From NCBI GenBank assembly GCA_951406725.2, contig OX597816.1, positions 73,532,001-73,596,000 of the forward strand: 64,000 nucleotides of DNA. Direction: 5' to 3'. Each line of letters starts with the position of its first letter. The stretch's first letter is position 1. Made by a program: the position numbers and the translations under genes. The notes beneath the pieces were generated by a model, which saw nothing but the letters and a program-made list of their open reading frames with translations, was not told where the DNA came from and ran no database searches. This document shows, in pieces, positions 17,023-31,593 of this stretch. Origin of the DNA: Octopus vulgaris (Eukaryota).

Positions 17023-17460
17023 GGGAAAGAAAAAAAGAAAGGAAGATAGAAAGAAAGAAAGAAAGAAAGAAAGAAGGGAAGAAAGAATGAAAGAATGGAA
17101 AAGAAAAGAAGAAAAGAAGGAAAGAAAGACAGAAAGAAAAAGAAAGGAAGGAAGCAAAAGTAAGAAAGAAAGAAAGAAGGAAAGAAAGAAAGAAAGATAG
17201 AAAGAAAGAAGGGAAGAAAGAATGAAAGAAAGGAAAAGAAAGGAAGAAAAGAAAGAAAGAAAGAAGGAAAGAAAGAAAGAAAGAACGAAAGAAAGAAAAA
17301 AAGAAAGAAAGGAAGGAAGGAAGGAAGGAAGGAAGAAAGAAAGGAAAAGAAAGAAAGAAAGAAAAAGAAAGAAGGGGAGAAAAAGAAAGAAAGAAGGAAA
17401 CAAACAAAGAAAGAAAAAGGAAGGAAGGAAGAAAGAAAGAAAGAAAGAAAGAAAGAGGCA
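16930..17460. repeat. (GAAA)n/(GGAA)n polypurine tract
   Basis: About 500 bp of almost pure purines on the + strand. Confidence 0.95.
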
Positions 17461-17959
17461 TGGAAACAATGGTGAACGAATGAAAAAATGGAAGAAGCAA
17501 AAAGCTCGAACCAAAAGAATGAAGGAATCGAGAAATGCAAAGAAGTGCTTTGGATTCTATATATGGCCACCTCTAATCAGAAATTGATTTTTGATATTAA
17601 CTATAATCGATACGAAATATACAGGATGGAGGTCATCAATATCTTGTAATTCATCTCTCTCGAAAATGTGAAAATGAAAGCCGACGCCTTCAAGACGCGA
17701 ACTCAAAACAGTTGAGGAAACGATGTAAGGATGTGCCGATCGCCTTCGCATAAAATTCTTGCTGGTAAGAATAAAGTTTCTAAAACGGACAGGGAAATTC
17801 GAAGGAATGCTTTGGTTCAATAGTTGAACGTCTGCCATGTGTACAGGTGAGGTGGGTTCAAATTGCGTGAAATTCTACTCTTTCTATCCAAAAGGGTTTT
17901 CCAGCTCAATATTTACGTGCTGATGTTTATAGATCTTTCTACTTCGTAGATATAGATAC

Positions 17960-18407
17960 ATGACGGGCTTCTTTCAGTTTCCTCCTACAAAATCCATTCA
18001 GAAGGCTTTGGTCAGCCTGGGACTATAGTAGAGGACACTTGACCAAGTTGCCACGCGGATCTATGCGTTTGAGAAGCAAACTTCTTACCACAGTCACGCA
18101 TGCGCCTTTGAACATCCATAAGCCTATGCTGGAAAAATACGAGGGTAGCAACAGAAAATCGACACCAGGAGGCCGCGAACTTTTGAGAATTCTCTCTTTT
18201 TACTCTTTTACTTGTTTCAGTCATGTGACTGCGTCCATGCTGGAGCACCGGCTTTAGTCGAGCAAATGGACCCCAGGACTTAATCTTTGTAAGCCTAGTA
18301 CTTATTCTATCAATCCCTTTTGTCGAACCGCTAAGTAACGGAGACGTAAACACACCAGCATCGGTTGTCAAGCGATGTTGTGGGGACAAACAGACACACA
18401 AACATAT

Positions 18408-18502
<95 letters not shown>

Positions 18503-18650
18503 CACGACGGGCTTCTTTCAGTTTCCGTCTACCAAATCCACTCGTAAGGCTTTGGTCGGCCCGAGGCTATAGTAGAAGACACTTGCCCAAGTTGCCACGC
18601 AGTGGAACTGAATCCAGAACCATGTGGTTCGTAAGCAAGCTACTTACCAC
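17960..18650 (-). mobile_element. Two SINE family B copies (fragment 17960-18107; near full length 18195-18650)
   Basis: gacgggcttctttcagtttcc...ctatagtaga...acacttg block occurs twice. Confidence 0.85.
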
Positions 18651-19063
18651 TTTTGTTGTTGTTCATGGTGGGTTTAATGATTGTCAAGGAAGTAAGCACA
18701 CAGTATCATATATCATATATATATTAACCTACCGGGAAGACATACAAGCATCTCAAACTTTTTCCTCAGTAGATTGAAGAAATTAAGTGAGCCTTACTTC
18801 GAAGTCAATATGCTTTTCAATGTTATACTTTGATTCCGTCGTCGATTAAGATCTCCGTTGATCGATCGCTACGATGCCATCATGGCTACTTACTTTCGGT
18901 TTACAAATTTAGACGATCCACATTTGCTTTAGCCTCGTGATTAGCTGAGTTTTACAGTAGACACGGCGTTCGAATCCTACAGATGGTGTTAGAATTTTAT
19001 CCGTCTTCTTTAGATACACATTCACACACACACACACAAACACACACGCACAAACACACACAA

Positions 19064-19097
<34 letters not shown>

Positions 19098-19192
19098 ATA
19101 TATATATACATAATTTACAATATAAGGGCAAAAGAAAAATTCTAATGCCAAATATGCCGAAAAAAAGACAAAAATTGTCAATTAACCATTAG

Positions 19193-19239
<47 letters not shown>

Positions 19240-19242
<3 letters not shown>

Positions 19243-19365
19243 GAAATGTATAGAAAAACAAAAGACGAAGATATGTGTATGAACAACGAGCAGGTGTATT
19301 AGTTTGAAGCTCTGGTAAAATGGAAAAGTATTTTATATTTCGAGCCTACGCTCTTCAACAGAATT
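19240..19365 (-). mobile_element. Decayed Penelope-like pLTR remnant with hammerhead-like motif
   Basis: Minus strand CUGUUGA-AGAGCGUAGGCUC-GAAA, same stem II as the 23401 copy; abuts (TA)n. Confidence 0.5.
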
Positions 19366-20361
19366 AAGAATTAAGAAACTTCAAGATATATAAAGTAAAT
19401 TATTTTTAACGGAGGAATAGATAGAGTTATAAATATTAGCATCGAAGAGGTTTTTTTAACCCAATATTCTCTACGTTGTTATTTATAAGTTTTTTATCCT
19501 TCGATTCCTGCCGTTAAAACTAATTATAAACACAAATAGACACAAAGAGAATAGGCTGATACACATAAAGGTAACTTTCAACCAATCCCTGTTTTAAATC
19601 CATCGTTCAACATAGTTCGAGTACAAATTTAGATAACACAACCAAATATTATTTTTTTATAAATAATCTTACGAATAATAGTTCATTTATATATCACATC
19701 TGTTATGAAAAACACACAAATGTCTTTATATTCGCAGGGATAGTGACTGCCCTTGTCGGTAATAAAATCTTTTCCGAAGACAGCCTTTATATTCTCATCA
19801 ACAAAACACAATATACAAATAGACATGAATATAATTAAACAAACAACCAACCTGTGACCAACGTTCAGTCACATTTATTGACAAAGTTTTAGTATAATAT
19901 AAGAACAAATACACACCTACAGATGTAACCGACACATGTCATAAATACTATATATACTGCTTGAATCAAATACATCTTTGTTATTGAATGACTGAATACG
20001 CCATTAAAATACTCATAAAACAGAGCACAACATGCCTCACTCTTATCTAGAAACTAACAGATAGAATAGGATTTTTGGCGAAAACACCAGATTTTACCTC
20101 TAAGTTGCTGCTTAACTAGCGAGAAACAGCGTCAAAATTTTCCTCAGTACACATCCTGACGTCTTAGAAAAGGACACGTTGAATGTTTTAGGGTCTCTGC
20201 GCAGAGGGAAAAGGATGTACACGGCTGAGATGGTTTTGGTTATAGATTTACTTGATCAAGAGTAATCTGGGTTGAGCATCACCAAAACGAGGCTACAAAT
20301 ACGGTTTAGACAGCCAATGTATAATTGGAATTTGAGTGTTTGCAGCTGTTGTTGCTGTTGC

Positions 20362-20743
20362 TGTTGGGCGAAGCGGTCTTCAACTGAGAGCTCGCAAGAT
20401 CGCGCCTCTGTAGTGGGAGAAGTCCGAAATGTGGTCCTTTGCTATTCGTAAGACCCGAGAAGAGAAAACAGGTCAACCCCCGACACCGAGAGCATCGACG
20501 GATGGATGAATGCGCATCCATGGTCAGCGGTTGCGTAGGAAGCCGGGGACAAGAAACAGGAAGAAACTGTGAGAGAAAGTTGGGGCGAAAGAGTACAACA
20601 GGGGTCGCCACCACCCCCTGCCGAAGCCTCGTGGAGCGTTAGGTGTTTTCGTTCAATAAACGCACACAACGCCCGGTCTGGGAATCAAACCACGATTCCC
20701 CAACCGCGAGTCCACTGCCCTAACCATTGGGCCATTGCGCCTC
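20362..20743 (-). mobile_element. tRNA-derived SINE family D
   Basis: Head TGGCCCAATGG...GTTTGATTCC on the minus strand; second copy at 49733-50100; (CAA/CAG) tail. Confidence 0.85.
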
Positions 20744-21520
20744 TACTGAGTGTTTGCATGAAGCATGTGAACTTCATGAGTCAGACTGTTACATGAGATA
20801 TATAAGTAGAACATGTGAGTCGGACAACTACAGCACATAACAATACAGAACAGAAAGCAAGAGAAGACAATAAGCTTTTCAAACGCTTTTTAACTATTGT
20901 CTCCTTTTACTAACACTTTGTCAACGCCTTCTTGCTACGATACGACAAAATTAAAATACACCACATCTTCATGTGCAAGTCATGGATATTACCTAATACA
21001 ACAGGTGCAATAGCCGCCTTTATTGCATGTATGGAAATACCCACAAATTTCCCAATGTCGTTTGAATTGTACGTTTCTATATTATTTATGACCTGCAGGC
21101 ATATGAAATATAGGTGTACCCACTTATTGGCCCTGGATTTTTTTTGGCCAAAACAGCTGCAATACAGCTACGATTAGCTGAAGGACATTAGACATTAGGT
21201 TTTCTTTTATTGCATGGGCGGATGTGACGGCACAGGCCAAAAAAATGTTATCAGTTTCTAAAGAAACAGGACAGGATCAAATCACAATTGATACCTAGGA
21301 TAAGAGGCATAAAACTAGCAAAGTTAAACATAAAACGATTAATAAAGCAATACGAAAGATTATTTATATAGAACCACAAAGGCAGGCAGTGGATATAATA
21401 GCTTTCGCAGAAAAAAACACAGCTCCATAAATACAATATATATATATGCATGTATATATACATGTAGATGTAGGTACGTACATATATGTTTGTATGTATG
21501 CATATATTTTTATTTATCAC

Positions 21521-21591
<71 letters not shown>

Positions 21592-21618
21592 TCACACACA
21601 CAGAGCATGCACACACGC

Positions 21619-21680
<62 letters not shown>

Positions 21681-22158
21681 CTGTGCATATAGGAACTCCA
21701 TATACGTATCATTATATTACATATTATTATTCATATGTGCTATGTATTATATACATTACGTATATATTATTATATATATTTTATATTTGTCTGTGAGTAT
21801 GTGAGTGATAAACCCAGTCAATCAGTCAGTTACGCATGTCTGTATCAAAATAATAGAAAAGATAAAAGAGAAATGAGCATATGTAAATGAATACAAATGC
21901 AATATATGTATATGTATATATGTATATGTATATATGATATATATGATATATTATATACTTATATGAATAAGTATATAATACATATATATATATATATATG
22001 ATATATTTATATTTCTTTGTATTTCATTACGTGTGTGTATATATGTATATCGATATATATAGTTAAGCGAGTCAGTGTGTGTGTGTATGTGAGTGTGTGT
22101 GTGTGTGTATGTGAGTGTGTGTGTGTGTATGTGTGTGCGTGTGCGTGTGTGTGTGTAT

Positions 22159-22189
<31 letters not shown>

Positions 22190-22801
22190 AGTGTGTGTGT
22201 GTGTTTGTGCGTGTGTGCCTGTCATTGTATACGTCTGGTGGCTGTGAGCACTATTCCTTGATAGCTTCATTAATGGCGGATGTTTTCGGATGTTTTTCGC
22301 AGATAAGGAGACTTTCTCTCGTATTACGACTTCATTATAGACTGTGATCAACGTGAAAGATTTACTCCAAACGCCGCCGCTCCTTTGTGAGCGTCGCAGT
22401 TGGGATGACGAAGATATATCCATTTATTTATTTATTCATTTATTTACTTTATTTTCTGTCTCTTTCTCTTCTTTCTACGTTTTCATCATCGTCTCCTCCA
22501 TTCTGCCATATTTTTTTTCCTTTCCCCCTCATTCCTCCTCTCCACTATCTTTTCATTTTTGTTTTTCTTCTTTCTCCCGTCAATTTCGTTGACACACTCA
22601 TACACACCTCCACTCACATACATACACGTCCAGGCACATATTTCTTAATGTAATACCATATTAATGTTCGTAACACCATAATACAGAATTAATATTAATA
22701 TGCTTAAAGCATATGCGGTATTGATACTTTCTTCACCTACACGTCTATGCATGTATGTATGTATGTATATATTTCTAAATGTATATACGTAACAATTTGT
22801 A

Positions 22802-22849
<48 letters not shown>

Positions 22850-23363
22850 TATGTGTGTATATATACATGTGTATGTGTATGCGTGTATGTATGTGTATAT
22901 TAATGTATTTATGTATGTATATAATATATATATACATAAACACATATGTATATATATATATATATATATACACACTCACACACACACACATATATATATA
23001 AGCACACCCATATACGTATGTATGTACGTATGGATATTGTGTCCGCATACATGTCGGAGAATTGTATGCAAATGTATATATGCACACACGCACATTCACA
23101 CACACACACACACATTCGTTGAAACATTCGCAAACACATACACTTAGACACGTGCATACAGAAACACACACTCGCCCTACACCTTGTCCTGCCTAGCCAG
23201 ACGACATATCGCATGATTAAAAACAAAGTAGAAAGGAATCATGTTCACTACTGACGCTGGCTTAAATTGGCATATACCGCAAAGCCAAATAAATCTCCAT
23301 CTTAATTCTGACATTGTGTTACAACTACGTACATATATATACATACACACTTGCATATATATA

Positions 23364-23529
23364 TTTTCTTTATTCGCTCTCTTTATTTTCTCTCTTTGTT
23401 TCTTTCTGTGGAAGAGCGTAGGCTCGAAACGTTAAAGACTTTTTCACGTCCTGAGCGTTAAACTAATACCATCGGTTTGTTGTCTACACCACCTGTCTTC
23501 ATCTTTTGTTTTTTTCTTTTGTGAATTCT

Positions 23530-23532
<3 letters not shown>
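23364..23532 (+). mobile_element. Penelope-like pLTR remnant with hammerhead-like motif (23401-23438)
   Basis: UCUUU-CUGUGGA-AGAGCGUAGGCUC-GAAA-CG-UU/AAAGA; ends in (TA)n; shares cctgagcgt with the 121-318 element. Confidence 0.55.
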
Positions 23533-23624
<92 letters not shown>

Positions 23625-23799
23625 GGAATTTTGTCAATGAACAGGTCGCGGTTTCAAAGCGACGAAAATATTTTAGCAAATAAAATTTAAGTGTTGAAGT
23701 GAATCTAACGGTTCTTGTGTGTGTTTTAATGGCTTATAAACACCTTTCACGCTGCAATTGTATATATATATATATATATACACACGCACACACAAACAC

Positions 23800-23862
<63 letters not shown>

Positions 23863-23925
23863 CATATAAACATATATACATATATATATATATTTATATT
23901 TATATTATATTTATATATACTTATA

Positions 23926-23976
<51 letters not shown>

Positions 23977-24336
23977 TACATTTATAATTTGTGTGTGTAT
24001 GTACGTACATTTTTTTGTTCTATTTGAAGTATCAGTCCAAGGACTGCGGCTATGCTGGGGCATCGCTGTTTCCTTTGCAACACTTTCACTAAACTGCCTC
24101 TGATATATAACATTGATGATGGAGTTTAACGCTGCTGCCCTCAATTGTGTTTTTTGCCTAGAGGTGGGTTTATCCGGAACTCTTAACAGAAGAAGAGCTA
24201 GGTTTGTTTCGCAAAAGCCTACGTCCATGCAGGTCTGTCAGGCTTTGCGAGAGGATATTGAAGAGCTGTGGGCCTCCGAAGCCCAAGGTGGTGCACTACC
24301 TATTCCTGTATCCTGATAGCAAAGTTGAAACCTTTA

Positions 24337-24394
<58 letters not shown>

Positions 24395-24515
24395 CATAAT
24401 ATATATGTATATACAATATATATACAAATGTGCGTGCGCGCGCGTGTGTATGTATAAATGTACAAATATATAAATATATTGTAGAAGTTGTAGAAGTAGT
24501 CGCAGCAGCCGCAGA

Positions 24516-24553
<38 letters not shown>

Positions 24554-25232
24554 TAGTAGTTCGCAAAAAAAAAAGACAAGAAAGAAATCATAAATATTTC
24601 AATTGCCAAGCCCTTTGCTGGTGGTGCTGCTGGTGGTGCTGCTGTTGGTGCAAAGCTTTGGCTTTTCGACACACGAATAAAGAAAATAATGCATTAATTG
24701 AATTATTCCGTTGGAATATTATTAATTCCAATTATAGCATGACTTCATTATGAAATGCAACTTTAGAATGAAGGAATAGCGGTTTGCGTGTGGCATTTGA
24801 TTGTTGTTTGAGTTCAAGTTCAAACAATGGAAATATTGGGTTTTAAGTTTCATAACAAACCATCACCTATGCTCTGCTTACGTCATGCAAGGGTGAATAT
24901 GTTAGGGTTTTGCTTACTCTCTCTCTCTCTCTCTCTCTTTCTTCTCCTTCTTCTTCTCTTTCTGTATATATATATATCAGTAAGAAAACTCAGTGCGTAG
25001 AATTTAAATTATAGACTATTTTCATAGTGTAGCGTAAAATCTAACCTAGATATCAGTGGTTCGTTTCGTGTCATCGCCATACCAAGAAAAACAGGAAAAA
25101 AAAAGGTGGGGAATGCCGCTGGTTCAGGAATACCTTACTCTCAAACGGCCCTATCAACCCTGCTCTTTTACCTTAGCGAGTGTATACAGTTGTGATAAAA
25201 CGATTGCAGTGTTCTCGATATTACTGTTGACT

Positions 25233-25632
25233 GAGGCGGCGAGCTGGCAGAATCGTTAGCACGCCGGGCGAAATGCTTAGTGGTATTTCGTCTGCCGTTA
25301 CGTTCTGAGTTCAAATTCCGTCGAGGTCGACTTTGCCTTTCATCCTTTTCGGGGTCGATAAATTAAGAACAACCAGTTACGCACTGGGGTCGATGTAATC
25401 GACTTAATCCGTTTGTCTGTTCTTGTTTGTCCGCTCTATGTTTAGCCCCTTGTGAGCAATAAAGAAATAGGTATTTCGGCTGTCTTTACTTTCTGAGTTC
25501 AAATTCCGCTGAGGTCGACTTTGCCTTTCATCCTTTTGGGGTTGATAAGTTAAGTATCAGTTGCGTACTGGGGTCGTTCTAGTCGACTGGCCCTCTCCCC
25601 AAAAATTTCGGGCCTTGTGCCGATAGTAGAAA
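25233..25632 (+). mobile_element. Dimeric tRNA-derived SINE family A
   Basis: A box TGGCAGAATCG, B box GTTCAAATTCC, and the core gtcgactttgcctttcatcc...gataa present twice (resembles the Nin/Deu-type SINE core). Confidence 0.88.
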
Positions 25633-25724
25633 TGGGTGACTTTCTAGGTTCCTTCAACGCAGACGATTCCAAGAGAGGAATACAGAGAAGCGGCCTCCTT
25701 AGTTGATTGGTATTTTATTTATTC

Positions 25725-26005
25725 CGGTGAGGGTATTCGGCTCATGATCGTTAGGCCATGAGTTCGATTCTCGGCGACGCGTTGAGTAAGACATTTTACT
25801 TCACGTTGCTTCACTCCGCTCAGCTGACAAAAACGAACTGTACCTTCATTTCAAAGGGGCAAGCCTTGTCACATTCTGTATCACGCTGAATCTCCCCGAG
25901 ACCCATTTTAAGAGCACCCGTGTCTGTAGCGTGTTCAGTCACTTGTTCATTAATTTCACGAGCAAGCTGTTCCGTTGATCGGATCAATTACAGCACTCGT
26001 CGTCA
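25725..26005 (+). mobile_element. Older SINE related to family C
   Basis: GTTCGATTC B box; reverse-complement similarity to 39785-40110. Confidence 0.65.
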
Positions 26006-26211
26006 GTTTTTTGCTTGTTTTATCTTATTCCGAAGAGTTGAAAAGATAAGCCGACTTTGGTGGGGTCTAAACTCCGAACTGAATCACGTACAGTGAGACA
26101 TTCTCACCGACGGTTTAGCATTACCAGCATGTCACACTTCGACATAGCAGTAATACAGGCGTTTTAACGTAGAAACAACTCATTACGTTAACTTTTTCTT
26201 TGAAATACATT

Positions 26212-26603
26212 ACACTTGTTTCAGTCATTTGACTGCGGCCATGCAGGAGCACTGCCTTTAGTCGAGCAAATCGACCCTGGAACTTATTCTTTGTAAGCCC
26301 AGTACTTATTCTATCGGTCTCTTTTGCCGAACCGCTAAGTTACGGAGACGTAAACACACCAGCATCGGTTGTCAAGCGATGTTGGTGGGGACAAACACAG
26401 ACACACAAACACACACACATATATATATATACATATATACGACGGGCATCTTTCAGTTTCCGTCTACTAAATCCACTCACGAGGCTTTGGTCGGCCCGAG
26501 GCTATAGTAGAAGACACTTGCCCAAGGTGTCACGCAGTGGGACCGAACCCGGAACCATGTGGTTGGTAAGCAAGCTACTTACCACACAGCCACTCCTGCG
26601 CCT
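26212..26603 (-). mobile_element. tRNA-derived SINE family B, full length
   Basis: Minus-strand head aggcgcaggagtggctgtgtggtaag...gggttcggtccc, CORE-like ccttgggcaagt, internal CA/TA repeat. Confidence 0.9.
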
Positions 26604-26954
26604 ATATTGTTTTAATTAATTTTGAATATAGTCTTTAATCTTTTATTTTTTTATTTTTTATCCTTTACCTGTTTCAGTCCTTTGACTGTGGCCATGCTGG
26701 GACACCGCCTTGAAGATTATAGTCGGACAGACCGACCCCGGTGCTTATTCTTTAATCTTTTGGCTAAACCGCTAACTTACTTAGACGTAAAGAAACAAAC
26801 AGAGACACACGCACACACGAGTAAACAGACAGACAGGCAAACAGACTGCTATATAGAAAGATTAGAGAGAGAGAAAGAGAGAGAGAGAGGGAGAGAAATA
26901 TTCAAATTTTGTTAGAAGTAGGCCAATAATGTAAACATGAATATTACATACTTA

Positions 26955-27150
26955 AGGAGGCGAGCTGGCAGAACCGTTAGCACGCCGGGCAAAATGCTTG
27001 GCGGCATTTCATCCGTCTTACGTTCTGAGTTCAAATTTCGCCGAGGTCGACTTTGCCTTTTATACTTTCAGAGTCGCTAAGAACTTGGGTTGATATAATC
27101 GGCTAGTCCCCTCTCTCGAAATTGCTGGCCTAAGGCCAAAATTTTAAGTC
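26955..27150 (+). mobile_element. Monomeric SINE family A
   Basis: ggcgagctggcagaaccgttagcacgccggg...gttcaaattt. Confidence 0.8.
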
Positions 27151-27159
27151 AATATTGCA

Positions 27160-28073
27160 TCTTTTAATAATTCTGCTTGTCATTCCGTTACTTAGCCCTC
27201 CGGTAACGTATTTACGTGATTAGAGAAAAAGAGTGAGAAAGAAATGCGGGAGAGAGAAGCGTCCATGACGTGAGGTAGAGGGGATGTAATTGTAACGCTT
27301 TCACGTGATTAGTTGAAGGGAAAGAGGGGAGGAAGAAAAGGGACAGAGAAAAAGAGGATAAGGCGAAGAGTGAGACAGAAAAAGGGAGAGAGAAGCGTTC
27401 ATGACATGAGGTAGGGGGAACGTAATACTATGTGGTTAAAGAAAGTTAATTGAAGGTAGTGATGATATAGAAGAGGAGAGTTAAAAATATAATATTTTAG
27501 CAGAGGAGTGATGTTCTGATGGTGAGGTTAAAGAAGGCAGAGAGAGAGGGGGGAGAGAGACGGGAGAGAGAGAGAGAGAGAGAGAGAGATGATGATGATA
27601 GGGGTGGTCGTGGAGGTGGAGGTGGTGATTGAAAGTAAAATGTTGTTTTTTTTTTAATTGAACTAAGGTTTTTTTTTATATCACCTATCACATAATGCAT
27701 GCGCACAGGTGCAAATCCATGAAATATTCGTTGCAGATATATGCAATTTAACTAAAGGTTTTATCATATGTACGGGATATTTTTTTTGTTTTGTTTATGG
27801 GTAAAATGGTAAAATAAGAGTGAATATTTATTTTGTGAATGCTGTGTATTAAATCTATAAAATTGTGCATAAAATATATAATATGCATATATAAAGTGCA
27901 TTAAGTAATCATCGTATTCCAGTTTTTTCATTTTTCAATGAGTAGCAGATGAACGACCATCTTTCCATACAGACACAACACAGGCTACGCTTTCAGGTTT
28001 TTTGGATAAAGTTTTCAGAAATAACCCAATAAGTTTACCATTAGTTCTGTGAAATATTCACGGGTCCCGCTAA
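27160..28073 (+). mobile_element. Non-autonomous Helitron-like element
   Basis: A|TC start; 3' hairpin ctgtgaa-ata-ttcacgg, 6 nt, then CTAA|T; internal duplication agagaagcgt.catgac.tgaggtag. Confidence 0.5.
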
Positions 28074-28644
28074 TATTTAATGAATGTGTCGTTGTGAAAC
28101 TGCGGTTTACAGCTGGCAAAAGATTCCTTCAAATACATATAGCGTTAAACACACACACACACAAAGCTTGGCGAAAAAAATTACTAAAACAAAAACAGAC
28201 ATCAGAGAGAAAGCAGTAATAGAAATAATAAATAATATAATAAATACTAATAAAGGGAAACATCAAGAACAGCAATAAAAATCAAATTAGAAAATAAAGT
28301 CTTCCATGAGAAATCGCCATTAAGAGTAAATATACCTGATTGTGTGTGAAACAAAGCATTTATTTATGACTAATCAATTTAAGCTTCAAAATTGAAACTG
28401 AGGTATTAATAATTGCGTTTCATGACTAGTGTATTTTCATAAATCACTAGAATATGAAAATTCTAAAGTAGTTGTTCTCAAATGGTAAGCGCCGCAAGGT
28501 GTCTTGCGATATTTATTTAAATATATAATATTCATGAATATAATTTAAGATTTTAGAAAAATCCATAAAAATTAATGATAATAAAATATTGACATGCCAG
28601 CAGTGTTTATTTTTCACACTAAACTTTACTGTGGAATATCTCCT

Positions 28645-29020
28645 TTTATCTTCTTTTACTTATTTCAATCACTGGACTGCGACCATGCTGGGGCACCGCT
28701 TTGAAAGGTTTAGTCAAACAAATCAGCCCCATTATTTATCCTTTTAGCATCGACACGACCAATGCGTTGTGAATGAATGTACCAGACGGAAATTAAATGG
28801 GAGGCCGTCGTATATCTGTGTATGTCTGTGTGTGTTGTGTGCCTGTGTTTGTCCCTCCCCATCGCTTGACAACCGGTGTTAGTTTGCTTACATCCTAGTA
28901 ACTTACCAATCGCATAAATATCAGACATAAAAAAATATGTGTCAATATGCTCGGCTAAAAACAAAAGCCTTCGAGGCAGTGACTCTAGAAGGCCACAGTC
29001 CAAAGAGAGAAACAATTAAA
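28645..29020. mobile_element. Two decayed SINE family B fragments in opposite orientation
   Basis: gactgcgaccatgctggggcaccgc (-) and tttgtccctccccatcgcttgacaaccggtg (+). Confidence 0.65.
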
Positions 29021-29102
29021 GATATTTCTTAACTTTGAAATACTGTTTGCTTGTTAAGTGTCCATGTGAGGTACGTCAGTAATATTATATTTTACCTTTA
29101 AG

Positions 29103-29755
29103 AAGGCAGAGAGCTGGCAGAATTGTTAGCACACCGGGCGAAATGCTTAGCAGTATTTCGTCTGCCGCTACGTTCTGAGTTCAAATTCCATCGAGGGCGA
29201 CTTTGCCTTTCATCCTTTCGAGGTCGATTAAATAAGTACCAGTTACGCACTGGGGTCGATATAATCGACTTAATCCCTTTGTCTGTCCCTGTTTGTCTCC
29301 TCTATGTTTAGCCTCTTGTGGGCAATAAAGAAAAAATAAGAAACGTTAGCACGCCGGGCGAAATACTTAGCAGTATTTCGTTTTTCTTTACGTTCTGAGT
29401 TCAAATTCCGACGAGGTCGACTTTGTCTTTCAATATTTCGGGGTCGATAAATTAAGTACCAGTTGCGTACTGGGGTCGATCTAATCGCCTGCTCCCTCCC
29501 CCCAAATTTCGGGTTTTGTTCCTGGAATAGAAAAGTATAGTTTATCTTTAAGGCGGCGAGCTGGCAGAATTATTAGCACGCCAGGCGTTCTGAGTTCAAA
29601 TTCTTTACGTTCTGAGTTCAAATTCCGCCGAAGTCGACTTTGCCTATCCTCGTTTCGGGGTTGACAAAATAAGTACCAGCTGAACAATGAAGTCGGTAAT
29701 CAATTTAACCCCTCCCCCATGAATTTGCTGGCCTTGTGCTAAAACTTGAAATCAA
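29103..29755 (+). mobile_element. Dimeric SINE family A followed by a monomer
   Basis: Repeated gttctgagttcaaattcc + cgactttg units. Confidence 0.88.
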
Positions 29756-29844
29756 TGTTATATTTTTTACCTCCAGTGTCCCACGAAGGGAACAGAGAGA
29801 AGCACCTTCCTGAAAACAAAACCAAAGACAAAAAGAGTTGTGAT

Positions 29845-30395
<551 letters not shown>

Positions 30396-30699
30396 GCAGA
30401 AAACAGAATTCTATTAAATAGAAGAAATGACGGGAATTATTTGCGAACAAACTTGAGAAGATTACAAGAAAACTGAATCAATCTCCGTGTCATACATTTT
30501 AAAATCTGTTGCTTGTTCTATTGGTCTGTTTTGTCGAACCGCTACTTTACGGGGAAATAAACAAACCACCACCGGTTGTCAAGCGTTGGGCGAACAAGCA
30601 TAAATGTATACATAAATGCTCATGCATATATATGTGTGTGTGTTTGTGTATGTGTATGTCTGTATGTGTATGTATGTGTGTGTATTTTTTAATCTTTTA

Positions 30700-30809
30700 T
30701 TTTATTCTATTAATTGTTTCAGTCATTTGACTGCGACCATGCTGGAGCACCGTCTTTAGTCGAATAAATACTATACCCCCGGGCCGACAGAAACTAATTG
30801 AAGCCCGTC

Positions 30810-30907
<98 letters not shown>

Positions 30908-30942
30908 GACGGGCTTTTTTCAGTTTCCGTCTACCAAATCCA

Positions 30943-31011
<69 letters not shown>

Positions 31012-31220
31012 GTGTTTGTGTTTGTGTGACTATGTTTGTTCCCCTACCATTGCTTGACATGTTTGTGTCTTTACGTCCCTGTAACTTAGCGGTTCGGCAA
31101 AAGAGACCGATAGAATAGGTACTAGGCTTACAAAGAATAAGTCCTGGGATCGATTTGTTCGACTAAAGGCGGTGCTCCAGCATGGCCGCAGCCAAATGAC
31201 TGAAACAAATAAAAGAGTAG
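30700..31220. mobile_element. Rearranged SINE family B copies (minus fragment plus + copy with an internal inversion)
   Basis: gaagcccgtcg-(TA)n-cgacgggctt inversion; + strand 3' half at 31010-31220. Confidence 0.75.
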
Positions 31221-31318
31221 TCTTTCGCATTGTGCCGTATTTTATTATATAATTTATTGCATTTTTATTGAATTTTATTCAATTGAAAATCATTTGAATT
31301 TTTTTTGTTTGCTTCCTC

Positions 31319-31354
<36 letters not shown>

Positions 31355-31549
31355 TCTCTCTCTCTCCCTCTCTCTCTCTCGCTTTCCCTCTCTCTCTCTC
31401 TCTCTCTCTCGCCCAAGCAAGTAGATTGTCCCATTTTGTTGGTGTCGTTGCTGTTGTTGTTATTTTTGTTGTTGTTGCTGTTGTTTATGCATTTGTTTCG
31501 TCTTTTGTATTTCTCTCGTCTTTCATGAAGCGTTAGCAGTTTTGCATTG

Positions 31550-31561
31550 ATTATCATCATC

Positions 31562-31593
<32 letters not shown>

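Noticed and set aside
17557-17838. 93-aa unique ORF
   Set aside because: No recognisable motif or splice context; length compatible with chance
23621-23760. TA-flanked island with gaaaccgcgacc on the minus strand as a possible hammerhead
   Set aside because: No CYGAnGA half found
24113-24316. 67-aa ORF in a unique island
   Set aside because: No recognisable homology; possibly decayed transposon sequence
28421-28456. Hairpin with gactagtg resembling miR-7
   Set aside because: Seed does not match and the stem is too short
29103-29755. Regularly recurring ~35-bp units resembling a CRISPR array
   Set aside because: They are SINE A monomers with homologous intervening sequence in eukaryotic DNA; no cas genes
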